A stretch of DNA of 64,000 bases from Patescibacteria group bacterium (lineage in GTDB: Bacteria; Patescibacteriota; Minisyncoccia; JAHIHE01; JAGLIN01), in contig JARGGI010000002.1 of NCBI GenBank assembly GCA_029210775.1, forward strand, positions 12,478 to 76,477, in the 5' to 3' direction. Positions within the stretch are counted from its first letter, which is position 1. Every line of letters begins with the position of its first letter. Under the pieces are notes generated by a model that ran no database searches, was not told the origin of the DNA, and saw only the letters and a program-made list of their open reading frames with translations. Shown here one piece after another: positions 28,368 through 37,836 of this stretch. A program made the position numbers and the translations under genes.

Positions 28368-30779
28368 TTATTTTATTAACGATTTATTCCAATCAGGCAT
28401 TACTGGCATCCGACCTTCATCTCTTTTATAAACCCATTCTCTCCAATCAGAATCATTTAATCTTTTTTCTAATGGATTTTTAAATTCATAATAAGAGAAT
28501 ACGAGACCCTTTGTTAATCTTGTTCCATTTGAATCTTTTACAGCAACATAAATATAATTAGGAATTCCATCAGCTTCATAAAGAATCTGACGAGTTAACC
28601 CATCAGTATGTACATCAGCAATCAAAGCTGAACGTGCAAGATCTTCAGTTCGGTCTTCGCTTGGAAGCGGAGAAATTACAGAAGACAACTTACCCGACTC
28701 TCTTCTTAATCTTTCGAAATCTAAATCGGATATCTTTTCATTATTCAGTTCTGCGATCGCAATCTTTCTAAAAAATCGTAATGAATCAGCAAGCTTTTCA
28801 TTTCTGCCTTGAAATTCTTGATCAAGTAAATTTCTCTGCATTAATCCTTTCTTTGTCATATCCAAAAGAGCAATTAACCTATCAAGAAATTCAATATTCG
28901 GTTCAACATATCCTTTTGGTACAGGAGGCAACCCCCCTTCATCTCCACCTCCACCTAATTCTGCGTATGATTGTTTTGCATAAAGAAGAGTATCATGCTT
29001 AAGCTCTGTCCAAGAGCCCATAAAACTTTGTAAATTCTTTTTATTCCAGTCTTCATTTTTCATAAAGTTTGGATATCCATCTTTATCTAAATCCTCCTGA
29101 GAAAGTGATTGTAAAGTATAAAGCCAGCTCCAATAAATATTTTGTGTCATCGTCTCTTCTGAAATACCGCTAAAATATATTTTTAAATCAGATATTCTAT
29201 CATTAATAACATTTTTTGATTTTAAAGCATCAGTTACAATCCAATCTGCTAATTCACTTTCAGCAGTTTTGTTTCCCAAGGATGTCATTACCATTAATGC
29301 TGTTGGCATACTCGGAAGACGTTCACCAGTTTTTTTGTCTGGTTTTTCATCACCTTGAGTTAAACTTGAAAATATAAAAGCATCTGGAGTAAAGCGTTGT
29401 CCCATAAAACGAAAACCTTTAGTTTGATTTTGTAATTCCTCTTTTGTGCTATCTAATACTTCTTCTCCAACAACCAAGGAAGACATTATTTGTGGATTTT
29501 TTAATTTTATAATATCTTCTTGAATTTTTGTAACAAATTCACCTCCTTGAGGAATATTTATATTATCTTGTAATACTTTTTGATACTCATATAAACCGAG
29601 ATCATCGCTTTCTCCTACGAAGAATGTCGTAGGCACATAAATATCCTGCCATTTATCTAACAATTCTAATTGATTCATTAACAAAACAATATTTATTGCA
29701 TCTTGCGTAAGTTCAGGACTTTTAGCAAGAAAATTCACTCTTCCATACCACATCATAGAACGAAAATAACTACGTAATACTGGATTTTTTGCATAATGAC
29801 TCCTTGGACCATATTGTGTATAATCTTCCATAAAGCTCAAGCCTTGTTCTGATTGATATTTTCCAAAAAGAGGAGACAGCTGTGCGCTTTCTGCTATCAT
29901 AACCAATTCAATTTCCTGTCTTGCTAAATCATAAGAAACACTTGGAATTTCATCTTTCATTGTGTCTAAATTTGCCAAAATAGCTTCTTTGGAATCAGAA
30001 CTATCATCAGCAATAGTTTCGTTTTTATAGAAATCATAAGAAGAATTAATAATAGATTCAGGAACTGCAAAATAGGAAATGAGTCTTTGATAACTCTCCT
30101 TCTCACTAATTAAATTTGAATTATTATATTTATCAATTGAAATATCGAGCATATTATGCGTTATCTCTTGTAAACGAGGATAAAATTCTTTTTGCTCAAT
30201 ATATTCGAATTCTTTCTCTAAAAGTCTGTGATATATATGCAACATAAAATCAGAAGTAATAAAAACTGAATTTTCTGGTGCTCTAAATTCTTTTGAAGGT
30301 CCTCCTATATCGCTATACAAATCCACCCAATCATCAACTCTTATTGAACTGTCCTCGGGGTTTTTTCTGAAAAAATCATCATTGTTTTGTGCAATAAAAA
30401 AATTATTATTCTTAAGAGCCAATTTTCTTGATTCAGAAAATACAATTGGATTTAAGCTTTGATAAGCTGATTTATTTTCAAAATTATTTAAATTATATAA
30501 CTCATTCAAAGCTATTTTTGAACTCGGTATACTTGGTTTATAAATTGATTTTTTATATTCATATTTAGAGAAAGAAAATTTATTCTTTAAAATTCCAACA
30601 TTTTTTAAAATTTCTTCAGAATTCATAATTTGCTCAGAAACATTATCACTATTCGCGGGTCTATTATTCTCTATTAATTTCTTTTTTTCATTTGAAGACT
30701 TTAAAATAACTACAATAAAAAAGACTAACAAAATAAAAACAAATAATCCTACTAAAACTATTACTCTTTTTTTTGACAT
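28368..30779 (-). CDS. Large (803 aa) hypothetical membrane-anchored exported protein
   Basis: N-terminal TM helix and no recognisable catalytic motif. Its stop abuts the start of the Memo-like gene, suggesting translational coupling. Confidence 0.5.
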   Translation of the reverse strand: MSKKRVIVLVGLFVFILLVFFIVVILKSSNEKKKLIENNRPANSDNVSEQIMNSEEILKNVGILKNKFSFSKYEYKKSIYKPSIPSSKIALNELYNLNNFENKSAYQSLNPIVFSESRKLALKNNNFFIAQNNDDFFRKNPEDSSIRVDDWVDLYSDIGGPSKEFRAPENSVFITSDFMLHIYHRLLEKEFEYIEQKEFYPRLQEITHNMLDISIDKYNNSNLISEKESYQRLISYFAVPESIINSSYDFYKNETIADDSSDSKEAILANLDTMKDEIPSVSYDLARQEIELVMIAESAQLSPLFGKYQSEQGLSFMEDYTQYGPRSHYAKNPVLRSYFRSMMWYGRVNFLAKSPELTQDAINIVLLMNQLELLDKWQDIYVPTTFFVGESDDLGLYEYQKVLQDNINIPQGGEFVTKIQEDIIKLKNPQIMSSLVVGEEVLDSTKEELQNQTKGFRFMGQRFTPDAFIFSSLTQGDEKPDKKTGERLPSMPTALMVMTSLGNKTAESELADWIVTDALKSKNVINDRISDLKIYFSGISEETMTQNIYWSWLYTLQSLSQEDLDKDGYPNFMKNEDWNKKNLQSFMGSWTELKHDTLLYAKQSYAELGGGGDEGGLPPVPKGYVEPNIEFLDRLIALLDMTKKGLMQRNLLDQEFQGRNEKLADSLRFFRKIAIAELNNEKISDLDFERLRRESGKLSSVISPLPSEDRTEDLARSALIADVHTDGLTRQILYEADGIPNYIYVAVKDSNGTRLTKGLVFSYYEFKNPLEKRLNDSDWREWVYKRDEGRMPVMPDWNKSLIK

Positions 30780-30834
30780 AAATTTTATATTAACAATTTA
30801 ATTTGGCTTCAAAAATTAATAATAATTATCTATT

Positions 30835-32349
30835 CTAAATACTTTTTTTGTTATACGCCTCAAATACGAAATTCGTTAGATTTTTCTCATACCAAGCCTT
30901 ATCCAATATTAATTTTTCTTGATTTTCAATCCACGGACCCCAGTCAAAATCCTTATTATTTTTATCATCTATTTCACGAGGAAGGTATTCAGAATTTTCT
31001 TTTAACATCCCCTGTCTTTCATATTTTTTAATTAAAGAAAGCACATCTGGAGACAACATGGTCAGCTCAAATAATCTAATTCTCGAATCCTTAATATTAA
31101 CCAAGGCAATATTGGTACGTAATATAAACTGCTCAACAGGCAGAATAGCTACAACTGCATACATCCAAAGAAATAAAACTATCACAAATTTTAATATATT
31201 TGCCCGTTGCCTGCTAAACAGCTTAATTATAAGCCAAACAAACAAGATGGCACAATAAATAACTGCATATGAAGCAAAAAACTTTTCATAACTAAAACCG
31301 TAATAAATAACATAAAGGCCCATTCGATATCCTGCTGAAACGAGCAAAAACAATGACGCAACAGTAAATGCTGTTAATATTTGCTGAACCAATAATGAGG
31401 TTTTTCTATAAACAAAAAAGTAAATCAAAATATTAATAATAGATAAAAAAAGTAATTGCCAAAAACCGCCTTTGACCAAGCTTTCTGTTTCCTTGAAATC
31501 AAAAGGCAATACGCCAATCCATAAACGATTAGCTTGCACCCACAAAAATAATAAATATAAACATAAAACTCCGCCCAAAACAATGCCCGAAACTATTGGA
31601 TCAATATTTTTATCAGAGCCATCATTTTCTTTATAATCAAATTTTCTACTCCAGGCATTCAAAACTGAAAAAAACAAAACAGATAATACTATAACTGTAA
31701 GCAATTTGTACACATAAATCGATGAAAAAATATTTAAAAACCAATCATTAACTACTTGCATTTTATCAGCAAAAATTGCATCAGCTGATGATAAAAGCGG
31801 TATAAAAACAGTTAACGCTATTATTAAAAATAAAATTATACCCGTAGCTATTCTGAATATGGTATTTTTCTTTGTTTTGCCTGCAGGTATAATTAAGTTT
31901 AAATAAAGCCTAACCGTTTGATTAATCCTTCTTGGAAAAGTGAAAAATCTATTTATGACTTTTAAAATAAATTCAAAATCCCATATTCTAGTTTTTTTAT
32001 CAGTTAAAAAAGACTGGATGAAGAAAATTGTAAACATTGCGGGCAAAATCAATATGCTAATGATTTTTAAAAAAGGATTATCATATATTGAATAGCTTAA
32101 AAATATTAAAACCATTGGAATAATCCAAAACAAATCATGCTTTATGTATTGACCTTTTTTATACAGCACCCAAACAAATAAACCTAAAAAAAGAAGTCCA
32201 AAAGCCGTAGCATTAAAGCCTAAAGCATATATTCCTTTATGCCAAAAATTCCACAAAAAAACAACCCAAAAAATAGCCAATACGGCACTAAAAATAAGTT
32301 TTAGAAGTAGCTCCTTATTAAATTTTTCAGTGTGTTTAATGTTTTCCAT
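30835..32349 (-). CDS. Hypothetical polytopic membrane protein (504 aa)
   Basis: About 12 predicted TM helices with a soluble C-terminal tail. It is the first gene of a co-oriented three-gene set. Confidence 0.5.
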   Translation of the reverse strand: MENIKHTEKFNKELLLKLIFSAVLAIFWVVFLWNFWHKGIYALGFNATAFGLLFLGLFVWVLYKKGQYIKHDLFWIIPMVLIFLSYSIYDNPFLKIISILILPAMFTIFFIQSFLTDKKTRIWDFEFILKVINRFFTFPRRINQTVRLYLNLIIPAGKTKKNTIFRIATGIILFLIIALTVFIPLLSSADAIFADKMQVVNDWFLNIFSSIYVYKLLTVIVLSVLFFSVLNAWSRKFDYKENDGSDKNIDPIVSGIVLGGVLCLYLLFLWVQANRLWIGVLPFDFKETESLVKGGFWQLLFLSIINILIYFFVYRKTSLLVQQILTAFTVASLFLLVSAGYRMGLYVIYYGFSYEKFFASYAVIYCAILFVWLIIKLFSRQRANILKFVIVLFLWMYAVVAILPVEQFILRTNIALVNIKDSRIRLFELTMLSPDVLSLIKKYERQGMLKENSEYLPREIDDKNNKDFDWGPWIENQEKLILDKAWYEKNLTNFVFEAYNKKSI

Positions 32350-32454
32350 ATTTTTTTTATTTTATTTTTTATATTATAACAGTAAAACAAAGTTTGGTAT
32401 ATATAAATAATATTTCTAAATATAGATAATGAATTGAGAATAAATTTATATCAA

Positions 32455-32520
32455 ACAGAAACGGGACTCGAACCACTATATTCACTAATGTTAGAGGGAT
32501 TTTTTAAATCACAATTTTAA
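32455..32520 (-). other. tRNA-like 3' fragment (GGTTCGAGTCCCGT T-arm-like motif) that does not fold into a complete tRNA
   Basis: The plus strand reads aaacgggactcgaacc, but the flanking sequence does not form a canonical T-stem or acceptor pairing. It may be a tRNA remnant or attachment-site scar. Confidence 0.2.
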
Positions 32521-32624
32521 CGGAAACAGGACTAAATGTAATAAATTCTCATCCCTGTTATTTTTAGCTAATATTAAACTAAAAACAACTAACAGAAGTC
32601 GGTTGCTTTTACAGAAATTATTTG

Positions 32625-32695
32625 CTCGGGGACAGGGATTCGAACCCCGATTGCCTGGACCAAAACCAGGTGTCCTACCATTAGACGATCCCCGA
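32625..32695 (-). tRNA. tRNA-Gln (anticodon TTG)
   Basis: Manual fold of the minus strand: acceptor TCGGGGA/TCCCCGA, anticodon stem CCTGG/CCAGG with loop TTTTGGT, T-arm CGGGG-TTCGAAT-CCCTG, discriminator G, and no encoded CCA. Confidence 0.85.
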
Positions 32696-32734
32696 ATATA
32701 TATTTGTGAAATTAGAGAGATTCCTCCGTTGCAC

Positions 32735-32990
32735 TTCGTTCCAGTCGCAATGACAATGTTTTTCCCCTGTCTTTGCGAGCGAAGCGTGGCAATCCCGAAA
32801 TTAGTTTCATAAAACTGTAATATATCGTTTTGTGAATTTAGACTCGAGATTGCTTCGTCGTTCCTCCTCGCAATGACAGACACAAGTAAGAAAAAGTTTT
32901 ATATTTATAGACTCGAGATTGCTTCGTCGTTCCTCCTCGCAATGACAGAGATAGATTGCCACATCGCTTCGCTCCTCGCAATAAAAAAAG
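32735..32990. repeat. Cluster of GTCATTGCGAGG... hairpin repeats, including a 2-copy tandem of CGAGATTGCTTCGTCGTTCCTCCTCGCAATGACAG
   Basis: gcaatgacaatg...ttgcgagcgaagcgtggcaatc at 32748-32795. Two identical ~40-bp units at 32846-32886 and 32911-32951 are separated by a 24-bp spacer. This is followed by gattgccacatcgcttcgctcctcgcaat. Confidence 0.6.
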
Positions 32991-33022
32991 CAAAATAATA
33001 TATTTTTATTACATGTTATATG

Positions 33023-34699
33023 TTAAACCACTTCTCCACCAAACATATCAAGCGCAGAATCAACAAGATCATCGTCTTCACCCCTGGCCTTCTTTTCTTT
33101 TTTTGAAAAACTCACCTCTTGGATTTTATATCCCATCTTCTCTGCTTCATCGTGAGTTATAAATTTCAAAAACACTTTTTGTTTCAAAATTTCTTTTATC
33201 ACATTCTCAACAATTTCTCTATTCTCAACTTTTTGAAGTTTATCTTTGTGAAAAGAATATTTACATGACACAAGAATTTCACTATCTTTCATACTAATTG
33301 GCTGACAAGTTTTCAGAAAAGCCGTCAAAGAATGATTAAAAGGTTTCACTTCTTCCAAAATTTCACACCATTCTTCTTTTATATCTTCAATGCTAATGCT
33401 ACCTTCTTTCGGTATCTCTATTTCATCTTTAATTTCTTCGTCTTGAATGGAAATAACGGCTTCTACTTTTTTCTTTTCAAGTCCTATGCTTTTTTTCACA
33501 AAATCACCAGATTGCTTGACTTGCTGAGAAACCTTTTCTGTTATCTTTTTGATTGGTTGAGCGATTTTATCATTATAATCATTTTTTTTTACTTCTGTCA
33601 ATGAATCTTTGTCTTCAATGTCAATTTCAGCAACTGCAAGCTCCAGTGGAAGTTGCGGAATTATTGATGATTTAATTTCTTCTTTGCCTTTTATAAATGT
33701 GCGAATGATTTTTATCAATTGCGATATTGTTGTTTTTTGTGCAATATTTTTCAGTTCTGAAATTTGCTCTTGAGTCATTTCAGATGAAAAATGTTCTTCC
33801 ATTTCTGGGCTGATTTTAATGAGCATAAGCTTTCTTGCAAACTCAATGATTGATTTTGCAAATTGTTCAAGATCATAACCATCGTCAGTCATTTTGCTTA
33901 TATATCTAATAGCCTGATCATATTTTTTATCAATAATCAAATTTATCATTTCAATTGATATTGAAATATCAGCCACTGAAAGAATTTCCTGAACTTCTCT
34001 GAGTGTTATATCGCCATCCTCAATTGAAAGAATTTGTCCAAACAGACTTTCACTGTCTCGCAATCCCCCATTTGAATTTATAGCAATAAAATCTAAAACG
34101 CCCTTTTCCACTTTAACACCCTCTTTTTTCGCAATTTCTGACAAACATTCTGTTATCTCGGAAACTTTCATACGATGAAAGTCAAATCTTTGGCACCTGG
34201 AAATTATTGTTGCTGGAATTTTGTGAATTTCAGTCGTTGCTAAAATAAAAATGACATGTTTCGGAGGTTCTTCAAGCGTTTTTAAAAGTGCATTAAACGC
34301 ACCTTTAGAAAGCATATGAACTTCATCAATTATATATACTTTATACTTTCCAACTGATGGCGCAAAATTTATTTTTTCAATTATGTCTCGCATCTTATCA
34401 ACTTGCGTATGAGTTGCAGCATCAATTTCAACCATATCCAAAAAACTACTTTGATTGATACTAAGACAGGTCTCACACTTATTACAAGGGTTACCGTCTT
34501 TTTGATCTTTACAATTTACTGTTTTAGCAAGTATTCTGGCAATCGTAGTTTTTCCAATTCCCCTTGGACCAGAAAAAAGATATGCATGAGCAACCTTCCC
34601 GTTTTTTATGGAATTCTTAATAGTCTTAATGACATGTTCTTGACCAACAACCTCGTCAAAACTAAGTGGCCTATATTTTCGATATAATACTTCGCTCAT
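33023..34699 (-). CDS. dnaX: DNA polymerase III subunit gamma/tau
   Basis: YRPLSFDEVVGQEHV...AHAYLFSGPRGIGKTTIARILAK...C-x-x-C zinc module. Confidence 0.9.
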   Translation of the reverse strand: MSEVLYRKYRPLSFDEVVGQEHVIKTIKNSIKNGKVAHAYLFSGPRGIGKTTIARILAKTVNCKDQKDGNPCNKCETCLSINQSSFLDMVEIDAATHTQVDKMRDIIEKINFAPSVGKYKVYIIDEVHMLSKGAFNALLKTLEEPPKHVIFILATTEIHKIPATIISRCQRFDFHRMKVSEITECLSEIAKKEGVKVEKGVLDFIAINSNGGLRDSESLFGQILSIEDGDITLREVQEILSVADISISIEMINLIIDKKYDQAIRYISKMTDDGYDLEQFAKSIIEFARKLMLIKISPEMEEHFSSEMTQEQISELKNIAQKTTISQLIKIIRTFIKGKEEIKSSIIPQLPLELAVAEIDIEDKDSLTEVKKNDYNDKIAQPIKKITEKVSQQVKQSGDFVKKSIGLEKKKVEAVISIQDEEIKDEIEIPKEGSISIEDIKEEWCEILEEVKPFNHSLTAFLKTCQPISMKDSEILVSCKYSFHKDKLQKVENREIVENVIKEILKQKVFLKFITHDEAEKMGYKIQEVSFSKKEKKARGEDDDLVDSALDMFGGEVV

Positions 34700-34795
34700 A
34701 CTTGAAAGTAAAAAGACTAATTATAAGGGCATTAAAATAAAGCTTGTGACAAAAGCTTATATTTTAATATCATAATTTATAAATGTCTATATTGT

Positions 34796-35494
34796 TTATG
34801 ATAAATCATCAGAAATCTCATCGTCTTGTTCCGCTTCAAACTGAGCTTCTTTTTTTATATCTTCAACGGAAGGATTCCATTCGTCTTCAATTAATTCGTC
34901 TTCATTTTCTATGTCTTGTTCAACCTTTTTTGGTTTCTTTTTGTTTTCTTTCGGCTTTTCTTCGTCTTCAAACAATTCAACTCTATCCGTGTCTTCTATA
35001 ACTGCCTCAATTGCAGCCCATTTACTGATCTTTTCTCTTGGCACAACAATCGTCACTTCATCTCCTTCTTTTGCCTTGAAATATGTCAGGGAGGCCAGAA
35101 GAACTTTATATTTTCTTCCCTCTGAGGCAACATAATATTTTCCGCTACTATCTTTCATTATTGTTCCAATTATTTTCCTTCTATCCGCTGGACTTATTTG
35201 TTTATAGAGAAAAGATCCATCTTCGGTAATAGTGAGTTTTAGCAAATCCCCTTCTATAAGTTTTGACTTACTGGCATAGTTGACAGGAATTGGATATTTC
35301 TTTCCATCAAGTCCAACCATTTTTTCGCCATCAAAAGATCCTTCAATAATCTGACTTGCCTCTGAATCACTTGATTTTTTTCTTGAGCTGTCATCAAGTT
35401 GTGACAAAATTTGCTTTGCAGCAACAATATTTCTCTCTGCGTTCTCAATCATTTGACGCAAAAGAACTATTTTATTTTGTTTTGATTCTTCCAT
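34796..35494 (-). CDS. Hypothetical protein with an acidic C-terminal tail
   Basis: 232 aa with a coiled-coil N-terminus and a Glu/Asp-rich C-terminus. It lies upstream of dnaX on the same strand. Confidence 0.45.
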   Translation of the reverse strand: MEESKQNKIVLLRQMIENAERNIVAAKQILSQLDDSSRKKSSDSEASQIIEGSFDGEKMVGLDGKKYPIPVNYASKSKLIEGDLLKLTITEDGSFLYKQISPADRRKIIGTIMKDSSGKYYVASEGRKYKVLLASLTYFKAKEGDEVTIVVPREKISKWAAIEAVIEDTDRVELFEDEEKPKENKKKPKKVEQDIENEDELIEDEWNPSVEDIKKEAQFEAEQDDEISDDLS

Positions 35495-35823
35495 GTTTTT
35501 ATTTTTATTTTGTTAAGTTTTGATGTTTTAAGTATTATCAGTATATCAGATTATATAAATTTGTAAACTAAATAAAAAATGAGAAATTGAAGTGTGGATA
35601 AGTTAATATATAGAATTATTAACACTTTTTTGTGATATGATAATTTGATAATGCTAATTTTGATAAAACCACTCGATATATACTAAGAAATGCATATATA
35701 TTCTTTTTCTTAGGAAAATCAGCAAAGGAGATGCTCTTGGTGATTAAAATTATGTTAATTCCTTGCCAAAAACAGAGAAATATTATACCTTTAAGTATAT
35801 AATAACTTATAAAAGGTAAAAAC

Positions 35824-36387
35824 ATGTCTACAATCGCTTTTAAGGAAATAAAGAAGGGCACTACAATTTTGATTGAAAATGAGCCGTATGAAGTTATTGA
35901 CCGATCATTTCGAGCTAAACAACAAAGAGAAGCAATGGCAACAGTGAATATGAAAAATCTTTTGACTGGTAAAGTTTTAACAAGAAACTTCCAATCCTCG
36001 GCCCAAGTTGAAGAAATAACTCTTGAAGAATCAAAAGCGCAATTTTTGTATGAAGATGGAAATGAATATCATTTTATGGACCAAGAAACATACGATCAAT
36101 TTCCACTTACAGAAGAACAAATTGGAGATGCGATAAATTATCTCAAAGAAGAAATTATTGTGAGAATAAAAAAATTTAATGACAAACCAATTGATATTCT
36201 CCTGCCTGCAGAAGTAAGTTTGAAAGTCATCGATTCACCTCCTGGAGTCAAGGGCGATACTGCACAAGGAGGATCAAAAACTGTCACTCTTGAAACTGGA
36301 ATGAAGATGAATGTTCCTCTTTTTATTAAAGAAGGAGATAATTTGATAATTAAAACCAAAAGCGGAAATTTTGACCGGAGGGAATAA
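35824..36387 (+). CDS. efp: Elongation factor P
   Basis: 187 aa; ...VKGDTAQGGSKTVTLETGMKMNVPLFIKEGD... matches the EF-P C-terminal domain, and AAAAGGT lies 7 nt before the ATG. Confidence 0.9.
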   Translation: MSTIAFKEIKKGTTILIENEPYEVIDRSFRAKQQREAMATVNMKNLLTGKVLTRNFQSSAQVEEITLEESKAQFLYEDGNEYHFMDQETYDQFPLTEEQIGDAINYLKEEIIVRIKKFNDKPIDILLPAEVSLKVIDSPPGVKGDTAQGGSKTVTLETGMKMNVPLFIKEGDNLIIKTKSGNFDRRE

Positions 36388-36470
36388 AATTTAATCGGTA
36401 AATATATTTGCCATATTGTTTAGAGTCTTTATAGTATAATTAGAAACAAAAAAGAGAAGATGATAATAAG

Positions 36471-36743
36471 ATGAAATGTTTTAGTGGTGAGGAGAAAATT
36501 GGCATTCTTGTTGATATAGCCGTTCTTTTATTCCTGCCATTAGCTATAGCTGGAGTGACAATTTATTGGTGGTTATCAATAGTCACACCATCAAGTAGCC
36601 TTGAGGCTATTATATCTGCACTTTCGCTTTCCGTTGCAGGATGCATTTATTGTTTTATTGTTTTTCACGAAATAATGGACGGAAAAACAGTAATACTCAG
36701 GCTATTGTATATGAAAAAAAAGAGATCAAAAAAAATTGGATAA
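36471..36743 (+). CDS. Hypothetical small membrane protein
   Basis: 90 aa with 3 hydrophobic helices. Confidence 0.3.
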   Translation: MKCFSGEEKIGILVDIAVLLFLPLAIAGVTIYWWLSIVTPSSSLEAIISALSLSVAGCIYCFIVFHEIMDGKTVILRLLYMKKKRSKKIG

Positions 36744-36808
36744 AATAAAAGATCTTCCCATGTCATCAAAGATGCTTCAGAAATCATAGAAATCATTCTA
36801 TGATTTTT

Positions 36809-37525
36809 GGCTCTTTGTCAAAATGTATGGTGATTGAAGTATAGAAGTGGAGCAAAAGCTAACATAACTTTGGCTATATAATTTTCAATATTTCTAAAAC
36901 CGAAAGGCATTCTTTTAATCATTTTTACTTTTGTATAGCATCCTTCAGTAAAAGCATTGGTAGAAAAGTTATTGAAATAATTTAAGATATATTCTTTCCA
37001 TCTAATCAAAGTTTTTTCCAATTGATATCTTCTGTTTTATTCTCGTTCAAAGATGAGTAGAGGGTTGAAAAAGAAACACCCGTGCCTTGTTTAATATAGC
37101 TCAAAGATGTTTCTTGTCATCTTGCCAACCAACATCTTTCTAAAATTCTTCGTTGTTCTTTTTTTATCAATTCCAATAACCTTTTTTGGAAAATGCTTTT
37201 TGACATTTATTATAAAAGAATCTTCTTTGGGTCAACGAGATAATAATCTGTCTATTTTCAAAAATACTATGTTTGATTTTTCTTTTACAATACTGATGAA
37301 CCTTGCTTGTGCTTTTTGTGCAATGTGGACAGAGACAATATCTTCTGGGATTGCGAGCCTTAACTATTATTTCCCTTTCTCTTGTCTCATACCTGTCAAT
37401 CCATAAATTTAGCAAATTAAACAGTTTTTTGATATCATTTTTCATAGGAGTGGTGTGAATTGTTAATTTATCAATATAATTCTACCACTTCTTTAGTTAT
37501 CCACCACAGTTATTAGTATAGAGCC
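36809..37525 (-). mobile_element. Decayed miniature ISL3-family insertion sequence (717 bp, internally deleted) with imperfect terminal inverted repeats and an 8-bp target-site duplication
   Basis: Both ends start with GGCTCT. TGATTTTT is directly repeated at 36801-36808 and 37526-37533. The interior retains ISL3 transposase N-terminal (CPHC zinc ribbon) and C-terminal (NAFTEGCYTKVKMIKRMPFGFRNIENY) pieces. Confidence 0.6.
36818..37445 (-). pseudogene. ISL3-family transposase remnant, present as two ORF fragments (36818-37021 and 37167-37445) with the middle deleted
   Basis: The N-terminal fragment carries RRYCLCPHCTKS; the C-terminal fragment carries TEGCYTKVKMIKRMPFGFRN. Total coding is about 160 aa against about 400 aa for an intact ISL3 transposase. 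Confidence 0.6.
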
Positions 37526-37618
37526 TGATTTTTTTGCTGTTTCCTTAATAATTTATTATAATAAAATTATTAAAAACAAAATTATAAAATTAATTTTAAA
37601 ATAAAAGGAGAGAATAAT

Positions 37619-37807
37619 ATGCCAAAAGGATTTCCATTAATTTTTGATAATATAATTTTCAGAAATCCCGATCAACTTGTTAACTTTTTAGAGCAAAACA
37701 AAAATAAGCCAGACCTCGTTTCCCCGATAATTTCTGACATAAGAATATTAATAAGCATCGGAGCAATTGATGAAACGATGTTTACTGAGATAGAAAAAGA
37801 CAAATAA
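37619..37807 (+). CDS. Hypothetical small protein (62 aa)
   Basis: Good RBS: AAAAGGAGAGAATAAT then ATG. Confidence 0.35.
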   Translation: MPKGFPLIFDNIIFRNPDQLVNFLEQNKNKPDLVSPIISDIRILISIGAIDETMFTEIEKDK

Positions 37808-37836
37808 CATAGGCCAAAAGAAATTGTGCCTATTTT

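Noticed and set aside
32509-32883. 124-aa minus-strand ORF (MSVIARRNDEAISS...)
   Set aside because: It runs straight through tRNA-Gln and the GTCATTGCGAGG repeat cluster. The repeat-encoded VIARR-type peptides are a classic spurious translation, so it is not a gene.
32846-32951. Possible CRISPR array (two identical ~40-bp units with a 24-bp spacer)
   Set aside because: There are only two units and no cas genes in the window. The units belong to the dispersed GTCATTGCGAGG hairpin-repeat family, so this is not CRISPR.
35619-35861. 80-aa minus-strand ORF overlapping the efp start
   Set aside because: It overlaps the efp promoter and 5' end, is AT-rich and low-complexity, and has no RBS.
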